Shown here piece by piece: positions 1 to 11,862 of a stretch of DNA of 64,000 bases. This DNA comes from Eledone cirrhosa (taxonomy: Eukaryota): positions 39,184,001 to 39,248,000 of the forward strand of contig OZ024758.1 of NCBI GenBank assembly GCA_964016885.1, given 5' to 3'. Positions within the stretch are counted from its first letter, which is position 1; every line of letters begins with the position of its first letter. A program made the position numbers and the translations under genes. The notes below the pieces were generated by a model. It was not told the origin of the DNA and did no database searches. It saw only the letters and a list, made by a program, of their open reading frames with translations.

Positions 1-439
1 CTTCTGACAGCTAATACCATGAACTTAAATGAATTCTCACCAACAGTGGAGTTACTTCTGACAGCTAATACCATGAACTTAAATGAATTCTCACCAACAT
101 TGGAGTTACTTCTGACAGCTAGTACCATGAACCTAAATGAATTCTCACCAACAGTGGAGTTACTTCTGACAGCTAATACCATGAACTTAAATGAATTCTC
201 ACCAACAGTGGAGTTCCTTCTGACAGCTAATACCATGAACTTAAATGAATTCTCACCAACAGTGGAGTTACTTCTGACAGCTAGTACCATGACCTAAATG
301 AATTCTCACCAACATTGGAGTTACTTCTGACAGCTAGTACCATGAACTTAAATGAATTCTCACCAACAGTGGAGTTACTTCTGACAGCTAGTACCATGAA
401 CTTAAATGAATTCTCACCAACAATGGAGTTACTTCTGAC

Positions 440-3350
440 AGCTAATACCATGACTTAAATGAATTCTCACCAACAGTGGAGTTACTTCTGACAGCTAATA
501 CCATGAACTTAAATGAATTCTCACCAACAGTGGAGTTACTTCTGACAGCTAGTACCATGAACTTAAATGAATTCTCACCAACAGTGGAGTTACTTCTGAC
601 AGCTAATACCATGAACTTAAATGAATTCTCACCAACAGTGGAGTTACTTCTGACAGCTAATACCATGAACTTAAATGAATTGTCACCAACAGTGGAGTTA
701 CTTCTGACAGCTAATACCATGAACTTAAATGAATTCTCACCAACAGTGGAGTTACTTCTGACAGCTAATACCATGAACTTAAATGAATTCTCACCAACAT
801 TGGAGTGACTTCTGACAGCTAATACCATGAACTTAAATGAATTCTCACCAACATTGGGGTTACTTCTGACAGCTAGTACCATGAACTTAAATGAATTCTC
901 ACCAACAGTGGAGTTACTTCTGACAGCTAGTACCATGAACTTAAATGAATTCTCACCAACAGTGGAGTTACTTCTGACAGCTAATACCATGAACTTAAAG
1001 GAATTCTCACCAACAGTGGAGTTACTTCTGACAGCTAGTACCATGACTTAAATGAATTCTCACCAACATTGGAGTTACTTCTGACAGCTAGTACCATGAA
1101 CTTAAATGAATTCTCACCAACATTGGAGTTACTTCTGACAACTAATACCATGACTTAAATGAATTCTCACCAACAGTGGAGTTACTTCTGACAAACTAAT
1201 ACCATGAACTTAAATGAATTCTCACCAACAGTGGAGTTACTTCTGACAGCTAGTACCATGAACTTAAATGAATTCTCACCAACAGTGGAGTTACTTCTGA
1301 CAGCTAATACCATGAACTTAAATGAATTCTCACCAACAGTGGAGTTACTTCTGACAGCTAGTACCATGAACTTAAATGAATTCTCACCAACATTGGAGTT
1401 ACTTCTGACAGCTAGTACCATGAACTTAAATGAATTCTCACCAACAGTGGAGTTACTTCTGACAGCTAGTACCATGAACTTAAATGAATTCTCACCAACA
1501 GTGGAGTTACTTCTGTCAGCTAGTACCATGAACTTAAATGAATTCTCACCAACAGTGGAGTTACTTCTGACAGCTAGAACCATGAACTTAAATGAATTCT
1601 CACCAACAGTGGAGTTACTTCTGACAGCTAGTACCATGACTTAAATGAATTCTCACAAACAATGGAGTTACTACTGACAGCTAATACCATGACTTAAATG
1701 AATTCTCACCAACAGTGGAGTTACTTCTGACAGCTAATACCATGAACTTAAATGAATTCTCACCAACAGTGGAGTTACTTCTGACAGCTAGTACCATGAA
1801 CTTAAATGAATTCTCACCAACAGTGGAGTTACTTCTGACAGCTAATACCATGAACTTAAATGAATTCTCACCAACAGTGGAGTTACTTCTGACAGCTAAT
1901 ACCATGAACTTAAATGAATTCTCACCAACATTGGATTTACTTCTGACAGCTAGTACCATGAACTTAAATGAATTCTCACCAACAGTGGAGTTACTTCTGA
2001 CAGCTAATACCATGAACTTAAATGAATTCTCACCAACAGTGGAGTTACTTCTGACAGCTAGTACCATGAACTTAAATGAATTCTCACCAACAGTGGAGTT
2101 ACTTCTGACAGCTAGTACCATGACTTAAATGAATTCTCACAAACAATGGAGTTACTACTGACAGCTAATACCATGACTTAAATGAATTCTCACCAACAGT
2201 GGAGTTACTTCTGACAGCTAATACCATGAACTTAAATGAATTCTCACCAACAGTGGAGTTACTTCTGACAGCTAGTACCATGAACTTAAATGAATTCTCA
2301 CCAACAGTGGAGTTACTTCTGACAGCTAATACCATGAACTTAAATGAATTCTCACCAACAGTGGAGTTACTTCTGACAGCTAATACCATGAACTTAAATG
2401 AATTGTCACCAACAGTGGAGTTACTTCTGACAGCTAATACCATGAACTTAAATGAATTCTCACCAACAGTGGAGTTACTTCTGACAGCTAATACCATGAA
2501 CTTAAATGAATTCTCACCAACATTGGAGTGACTTCTGACAGCTAATACCATGAACTTAAATGAATTCTCACCAACATTGGGGTTACTTCTGACAGCTAGT
2601 ACCATGAACTTAAATGAATTCTCACCAACAGTGGAGTTACTTCTGACAGCTAGTACCATGAACTTAAATGAATTCTCACCAACAGTGGAGTTACTTCTGA
2701 CAGCTAATACCATGAACTTAAAGGAATTCTCACCAACAGTGGAGTTACTTCTGACAGCTAGTACCATGACTTAAATGAATTCTCACCAACATTGGAGTTA
2801 CTTCTGACAGCTAGTACCATGAACTTAAATGAATTCTCACCAACATTGGAGTTACTTCTGACAACTAATACCATGACTTAAATGAATTCTCACCAACAGT
2901 GGAGTTACTTCTGACAAACTAATACCATGAACTTAAATGAATTCTCACCAACAGTGGAGTTACTTCTGACAGCTAGTACCATGAACTTAAATGAATTCTC
3001 ACCAACAGTGGAGTTACTTCTGACAGCTAATACCATGAACTTAAATGAATTCTCACCAACAGTGGAGTTACTTCTGACAGCTAGTACCATGAACTTAAAT
3101 GAATTCTCACCAACATTGGAGTTACTTCTGACAGCTAGTACCATGAACTTAAATGAATTCTCACCAACAGTGGAGTTACTTCTGACAGCTAGTACCATGA
3201 ACTTAAATGAATTCTCACCAACAGTGGAGTTACTTCTGACAGCTAGTACCATGAACTGAAATGAATTCTCACCAACAGTGGAGTTACTTCTGACAGCTAG
3301 TACCATGAACTTAAATGAATTCTCACCAACAGTGGAGTTACTTCTGACAG
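440..3350 (+). repeat. Tandem duplication with 1723-bp (32-monomer) period, window-start subtype
   Basis: Identical ORFs at 442/2165, 476/2199 and 827/2550, and near-identical ORFs at 1182/2905 (all offset 1723 = 32x54-5). Private variants GAATTGTC (~677/2400) and AAGGAATTC (~998/2721). Confidence 0.9.
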
Positions 3351-6300
3351 CTAGTACCATGACGTAAATGAATTCTCACATACAATGGAGTTACTACTGA
3401 CAGCTAATACCATGACTTAAATGAATTCTCACCAACAGTGGAGTTACTTCTGACAGCTAATACCATGAACTTAAATGAATTCTCACCAACAGTGGAGTTA
3501 CTTCTACAGCTAGTACCATGAACTTAAATGAATTCTCACCAACAGTGGAGTTACTTCTGACAGCTAATACCATGAACTTAAATGAATTCTCACCAACAGT
3601 GGAGTTACTTCTGACAGCTAATACCATGAACTTAAATGAATTCTCACCAACATTGGATTTACTTCTGACAGCTAGTACCATGAACTTAAATGAATTCTCA
3701 CCAACAGTGGAGTTACTTCTGACAGCTAATACCATGAACTTAAATGAATTCTCACCAACAGTGGCGTTCCTTCTGACAGCTAATACCATGAACTTAAATG
3801 AATTCTCACCAACAGTGGAGTTACTTCTGACAGCTACTACCATGATTTAAATGAATTCTCACCAACGTTGGAGTTCCTTCTGACAGCTAATACCATGAAC
3901 TTAAATGAATTCTCACCAACAGTGGAGTTACTTCTGACAACTAATACCATGAACTTAAATGAATTCTCACCAACAGTGGAGTTACTTCTGACAGCTAGTA
4001 CCATGAACTTAAATGAATTCTCACCAACAGTGGAGTTACTTCTGACAGCTAATACCATGAACTTAAATGAATTCTCACCAACAGTGGAGTTACTTCTGAC
4101 AGCTAATACCATGAACTTAAATGAATTCTCACCAACAGTGGAGTTACTTCTGACAGCTAATACCATGAACTTAAATGAATTCTCACCAACAGTGGAGTTA
4201 CTTCTGACAGCTAATACCATGAACTTAAATGGATTCTCACCAACATTGGAGTGACTTCTGACAGCTAATACCATGAACTTAAATGAATTCTCACCAACAT
4301 TGGGGTTACTTCTGACAGCTAGTACCATGAACTTAAATGAATTCTCACCAACAGTGGAGTTACTTCTGACAGCTAGTACCATGAACTTAAATGAATTCTC
4401 ACCAACAGTGGAGTTACTTGTGACAGCTAATACCATGAACTTAAATGAATTCTCACCAACAGTGGAGTTACTTCTGACAGCTAGTACCATGACTTAAATG
4501 AATTCTCACCAACATTGGAGTTACTTCTGACAGCTAGTACCATGAACTTAAATGAATTCTCACCAACATTGGAGTTACTTCTGACAACTAATACCATGAC
4601 TTAAATGAATTCTCACCAACAGTGGAGTTACTTCTGACAAACTAATACCATGAACTTAAATGAATTCTCACCAACAGTGGAGTTACTTCTGACAGCTAGT
4701 ACCATGAACTTAAATGAATTCTCACCAACAGTGGAGTTACTTCTGACAGCTAATACCATGAACTTAAATGAATTCTCACCAACAGTGGAGTTACTTCTGA
4801 CAGCTAGTACCATGAACTTAAATGAATTCTCACCAACATTGGAGTTACTTCTGACAGCTAGTACCATGAACTTAAATGAATTCTCACCAACAGTGGAGTT
4901 ACTTCTGACAGCTAGTACCATGACGTAAATGAATTCTCACATACAATGGAGTTACTACTGACAGCTAATACCATGACTTAAATGAATTCTCACCAACAGT
5001 GGAGTTACTTCTGACAGCTAATACCTTGAACTTAAATGAATTCTCACCAACAGTGGAGTTACTTCTACAGCTAGTACCATGAACTTAAATGAATTCTCAC
5101 CAACAGTGGAGTTACTTCTGACAGCTAATACCATGAACTTAAATGAATTCTCACCAACAGTGGAGTTACTTCTGACAGCTAATACCATGAACTTAAATGA
5201 ATTCTCACCAACATTGGATTTACTTCTGACAGCTAGTACCATGAACTTAAATGAATTCTCACCAACAGTGGAGTTACTTCTGACAGCTAATACCATGAAC
5301 TTAAATGAATTCTCACCAACAGTGGCGTTCCTTCTGACAGCTAATACCATGAACTTAAATGAATTCTCACCAACAGTGGAGTTACTTCTGACAGCTACTA
5401 CCATGATTTAAATGAATTCTCACCAACGTTGGAGTTCCTTCTGACAGCTAATACCATGAACTTAAATGAATTCTCACCAACAGTGGAGTTACTGCTGACA
5501 ACTAATACCATGAACTTAAATGAATTCTCACCAACAGTGGAGTTACTTCTGACAGCTAGTACCATGAACTTAAATGAATTCTCACCAACAGTGGAGTTAC
5601 TTCTGACAGCTAATACCATGAACTTAAATGAATTCTCACCAACAGTGGAGTTACTTCTGACAGCTAATACCATGAACTTAAATGAATTCTCACCAACAGT
5701 GGAGTTACTTCTGACAGCTAATACCATGAACTTAAATGAATTCTCACCAACAGTGGAGTTACTTCTGACAGCTAATACCATGAACTTAAATGGATTCTCA
5801 CCAACATTGGAGTGACTTCTGACAGCTAATACCATGAACTTAAATGAATTCTCACCAACATTGGGGTTACTTCTGACAGCTAGTACCATGAACTTAAATG
5901 AATTCTCACCAACAGTGGAGTTACTTCTGACAGCTAGTACCATGAACTTAAATGAATTCTCACCAACAGTGGAGTTACTTGTGACAGCTAATACCATGAA
6001 CTTAAATGAATTCTCACCAACAGTGGAGTTACTTCTGACAGCTAGTACCATGACTTAAATGAATTCTCACCAACATTGGAGTTACTTCTGACAGCTAGTA
6101 CCATGAACTTAAATGAATTCTCACCAACATTGGAGTTACTTCTGACAACTAATACCATGACTTAAATGAATTCTCACCAACAGTGGAGTTACTTCTGACA
6201 AACTAATACCATGAACTTAAATGAATTCTCACCAACAGTGGAGTTACTTCTGACAGCTAGTACCATGAACTTAAATGAATTCTCACCAACAGTGGAGTTA

Positions 6301-9300
6301 CTTCTGACAGCTAATACCATGTACTTAAATGAATTCTCACCAACAGTGGAGTTACTTCTGACAGCTAGTACCATGAACTTAAATGAATTCTCACCAACAT
6401 TGGAGTTACTTCTGACAGCTAGTACCATGAACTTAAATGAATTCTCACCAACAGTGGAGTTACTTCTGACAGCTAGTACCATGTACTTAAATGAATTCTC
6501 ACCAACAGTGGAGCTACTTCAGACAGCTAGTACCATGAACTTAAATGAATTCTCACCAACAGTGGAGTTACTTCTGACAGCTAGTACCATGAACTTAAAT
6601 GAATTCTCACCAACAGTGGAGTTACTTCTGACAGCTAGTACCATGACGTAAATGAATTCTCACATACAATGGAGTTACTACTGACAGCTAATACCATGAC
6701 TTAAATGAATTCTCACCAACAGTGGAGTTACTTCTGACAGCTAATACCATGAACTTAAATGAATTCTCACCAACAGTGGAGTTACTTCTACAGCTAGTAC
6801 CATGAACTTAAATGAATTCTCACCAACAGTGGAGTTACTTCTGACAGCTAATACCATGAACTTAAATGAATTCTCACCAACAGTGGAGTTACTTCTGACA
6901 GCTAATACCATGAACTTAAATGAATTCTCACCAACATTGGATTTACTTCTGACAGCTAGTACCATGAACTTAAATGAATTCTCACCAACAGTGGAGTTAC
7001 TTCTGACAGCTAATACCATGAACTTAAATGAATTCTCACCAACAGTGGCGTTCCTTCTGACAGCTAATACCATGAACTTAAATGAATTCTCACCAACAGT
7101 GGAGTTACTTCTGACAGCTACTACCATGATTTAAATGAATTCTCACCAACGTTGGAGTTCCTTCTGACAGCTAATACCATGAACTTAAATGAATTCTCAC
7201 CAACAGTGGAGTTACTTCTGACAACTAATACCATGAACTTAAATGAATTCTCACCAACAGTGGAGTTACTTCTGACAGCTAGTACCATGAACTTAAATGA
7301 ATTCTCACCAACAGTGGAGTTACTTCTGACAGCTAATACCATGAACTTAAATGAATTCTCACCAACAGTGGAGTTACTTCTGACAGCTAATACCATGAAC
7401 TTAAATGAATTCTCACCAACAGTGGAGTTACTTCTGACAGCTAATACCATGAACTTAAATGAATTCTCACCAACAGTGGAGTTACTTCTGACAGCTAATA
7501 CCATGAACTTAAATGGATTCTCACCAACATTGGAGTGACTTCTGACAGCTAATACCATGAACTTAAATGAATTCTCACCAACATTGGGGTTACTTCTGAC
7601 AGCTAGTACCATGAACTTAAATGAATTCTCACCAACAGTGGAGTTACTTCTGACAGCTAGTACCATGAACTTAAATGAATTCTCACCAACAGTGGAGTTA
7701 CTTGTGACAGCTAATACCATGAACTTAAATGAATTCTCACCAACAGTGGAGTTACTTCTGACAGCTAGTACCATGACTTAAATGAATTCTCACCAACATT
7801 GGAGTTACTTCTGACAGCTAGTACCATGAACTTAAATGAATTCTCACCAACATTGGAGTTACTTCTGACAACTAATACCATGACTTAAATGAATTCTCAC
7901 CAACAGTGGAGTTACTTCTGACAAACTAATACCATGAACTTAAATGAATTCTCACCAACAGTGGAGTTACTTCTGACAGCTAGTACCATGAACTTAAATG
8001 AATTCTCACCAACAGTGGAGTTACTTCTGACAGCTAATACCATGAACTTAAATGAATTCTCACCAACAGTGGAGTTACTTCTGACAGCTAGTACCATGAA
8101 CTTAAATGAATTCTCACCAACATTGGAGTTACTTCTGACAGCTAGTACCATGAACTTAAATGAATTCTCACCAACAGTGGAGTTACTTCTGACAGCTAGT
8201 ACCATGACGTAAATGAATTCTCACATACAATGGAGTTACTACTGACAGCTAATACCATGACTTAAATGAATTCTCACCAACAGTGGAGTTACTTCTGACA
8301 GCTAATACCATGAACTTAAATGAATTCTCACCAACAGTGGAGTTACTTCTACAGCTAGTACCATGAACTTAAATGAATTCTCACCAACAGTGGAGTTACT
8401 TCTGACAGCTAATACCATGAACTTAAATGAATTCTCACCAACAGTGGAGTTACTTCTGACAGCTAATACCATGAACTTAAATGAATTCTCACCAACATTG
8501 GATTTACTTCTGACAGCTAGTACCATGAACTTAAATGAATTCTCACCAACAGTGGAGTTACTTCTGACAGCTAATACCATGAACTTAAATGAATTCTCAC
8601 CAACAGTGGAGTTCCTTCTGACAGCTAATACCATGAACTTAAATGAATTCTCACCAACAGTGGAGTTACTTCTGACAGCTAGTACCATGACCTAAATGAA
8701 TTCTCACCAACATTGGAGTTACTTCTGACAGCTAGTACCATGAACTTAAATGAATTCTCACCAACAGTGGAGTTACTTCTGACAGCTAGTACCATGAACT
8801 TAAATGAATTCTCACCAACAATGGAGTTACTTCTGACAGCTAATACCATGACTTAAATGAATTCTCACCAACAGTGGAGTTACTTCTGACAGCTAATACC
8901 ATGAACTTAAATGAATTCTCACCAACAGTGGCGTTCCTTCTGACAGCTAATACCATGAACTTAAATGAATTCTCACCAACAGTGGAGTTACTTCTGACAG
9001 CTACTACCATGATTTAAATGAATTCTCACCAACGTTGGAGTTCCTTCTGACAGCTAATACCATGAACTTAAATGAATTCTCACCAACAGTGGAGTTACTT
9101 CTGACAACTAATACCATGAACTTAAATGAATTCTCACCAACAGTGGAGTTACTTCTGACAGCTAGTACCATGAACTTAAATGAATTCTCACCAACAGTGG
9201 AGTTACTTCTGACAGCTAATACCATGAACTTAAATGAATTCTCACCAACAGTGGAGTTACTTCTGACAGCTAATACCATGAACTTAAATGAATTCTCACC

Positions 9301-11172
9301 AACAGTGGAGTTACTTCTGACAGCTAATACCATGAACTTAAATGAATTCTCACCAACAGTGGAGTTACTTCTGACAGCTAATACCATGAACTTAAATGGA
9401 TTCTCACCAACATTGGAGTGACTTCTGACAGCTAATACCATGAACTTAAATGAATTCTCACCAACAGTGGAGTTACTTCTGACAGCTAATACCATGAACT
9501 TAAATGAATTCTCACCAACATTGGAGTGACTTCTGACAGCTAATACCATGAACTTAAATGAATTCTCACCAACATTGGGGTTACTTCTGACAGCTAGTAC
9601 CATGAACTTAAATGAATTCTCACCAACAGTGGAGTTACTTCTGACAGCTAATACCATGAACTTAAATGAATTCTCACCAACAGTGGAGTTACTTCTGACA
9701 GCTAATACCATGAACTTAAATGAATTCTCACCAACATTGGATTTACTTCTGACAGCTAGTACCATGAACTTAAATGAATTCTCACCAACAGTGGAGTTAC
9801 TTCTGACAGCTAATACCATGAACTTAAATGAATTCTCACCAACAGTGGCGTTCCTTCTGACAGCTAATACCATGAACTTAAATGAATTCTCACCAACAGT
9901 GGAGTTACTTCTGACAGCTACTACCATGATTTAAATGAATTCACCAACGTTGGAGTTCCTTCTGACAGCTAATACCATGAACTTAAATGAATTCTCACCA
10001 ACAGTGGAGTTACTTCTGACAACTAATACCATGAACTTAAATGAATTCTCACCAACAGTGGAGTTACTTCTGACAGCTAGTACCATGAACTTAAATGAAT
10101 TCTCACCAACAGTGGAGTTACTTCTGACAGCTAATACCATGAACTTAAATGAATTCTCACCAACAGTGGAGTTACTTCTGACAGCTAATACCATGAACTT
10201 AAATGAATTCTCACCAACAGTGGAGTTACTTCTGACAGCTAATACCATGAACTTAAATGAATTCTCACCAACAGTGGAGTTACTTCTGACAGCTAATACC
10301 ATGAACTTAAATGGATTCTCACCAACATTGGAGTGACTTCTGACAGCTAATACCATGAACTTAAATGAATTCTCACCAACATTGGGGTTACTTCTGACAG
10401 CTAGTACCATGAACTTAAATGAATTCTCACCAACAGTGGAGTTACTTCTGACAGCTAGTACCATGAACTTAAATGAATTCTCACCAACAGTGGAGTTACT
10501 TGTGACAGCTAATACCATGAACTTAAATGAATTCTCACCAACAGTGGAGTTACTTCTGACAGCTAGTACCATGACTTAAATGAATTCTCACCAACATTGG
10601 AGTTACTTCTGACAGCTAGTACCATGAACTTAAATGAATTCTCACCAACATTGGAGTTACTTCTGACAACTAATACCATGACTTAAATGAATTCTCACCA
10701 ACAGTGGAGTTACTTCTGACAAACTAATACCATGAACTTAAATGAATTCTCACCAACAGTGGAGTTACTTCTGACAGCTAGTACCATGAACTTAAATGAA
10801 TTCTCACCAACAGTGGAGTTACTTCTGACAGCTAATACCATGAACTTAAATGAATTCTCACCAACAGTGGAGTTACTTCTGACAGCTAGTACCATGAACT
10901 TAAATGAATTCTCACCAACATTGGAGTTACTTCTGACAGCTAGTACCATGAACTTAAATGAATTCTCACCAACAGTGGAGTTACTTCTGACAGCTAGTAC
11001 CATGAACTTAAATGAATTCTCACCAACAGTGGAGCTACTTCAGACAGCTAGTACCATGAACTTAAATGAATTCTCACCAACAGTGGAGTTACTTCTGACA
11101 GCTAGTACCATGAACTTAAATGAATTCTCACCAACAGTGGAGTTACTTCTGACAGCTAGTACCATGACTTAA
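2927..11172 (+). repeat. HOR-A run 1: 32-mer (1723 bp) and 29-mer (1561 bp) higher-order repeats plus one rearranged 2798-bp unit
   Basis: The anchor monomer following ACAAACTAAT starts at 2927, 4650, 6211, 7934 and 10732 (spacings 1723, 1561, 1723, 2798). Fixed marker order: GACGTA/CACATACA, CTTCTAC deletion, TTGGATTT, GGCGTTCC, GCTACT-ATGATTT-AACGTT, ACAACT, GGATTC+GAGTGA, TTGGGG, CTTGTG. Confidence 0.92.
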
Positions 11173-11862
11173 ATGAATTCTCACCAACAATGGAGTTACT
11201 ACTGACAGCTAATACCATGACTTAAATGAATTCTCACCAACAGTGGAGTTACTTCTGACAGCTAATACCATGAACTTAAATGAATTATCACCAACAGTGG
11301 AGTTACTTCTGACAGCTAGTACCATGAACTTAAATGAATTCTCACCAACAGTGGAGTTACTTCTGACAGCTAATACCATGAACTTAAATGAATTCTCACC
11401 AACAGTGGAGTTACTTCTGACAGCTAATACCATGAACTTAAATGAATTCTCACCAACATTGGATTTACTTCTGACAGCTAGTACCATGAACTTAAATGAA
11501 TTCTCACCAACAGTGGAGTTACTTCTGACAGCTAATACCATGAACTTAAATGAATTCTCACCAACAGTGGCGTTCCTTCTGACAGCTAATACCATGAACT
11601 TAAATGAATTCTCACCAACAGTGGAGTTACTTCTGACAGCTAGTACCATGACTTAAATGAATTCTCACCAACATTGGAGTTCCTTCTGACAGCTAATACC
11701 ATGAACTTAAATGAATTCTCACCAACAGTGGAGTTACTTCTGACAGCTAATACCATGAATTTAAATGAATTCTCACCAACAGTGGAGTTACTTCTGACAG
11801 CTAATACCATGAACTTAAATGAATTCTCACCAACATTGGAGTGACTTCTGACAGCTAATACC

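Noticed and set aside
19-45. NLNEFSP as a cadherin DxN(D/E)xxP calcium-binding linker
   Set aside because: The leading Asp is missing, and cadherin domains are about 110 aa, not 18. The short match is likely chance.
19-72. CENP-B box or telomeric repeat
   Set aside because: The consensus has no CpG, so the TTCG....A..CGGG core cannot be present. There are no TTAGGG-like or TTAGG-like runs on either strand.
19-72. CpG depletion as a methylation signature
   Set aside because: Zero CpG observed versus about 1.8 expected from monomer composition is not significant for a single 54-bp unit.
1500-6500. Isolated substitutions (e.g. ~1516, 1578, 5026, 5494) as meaningful signals
   Set aside because: Without reads they cannot be distinguished from recent point mutations or consensus errors.
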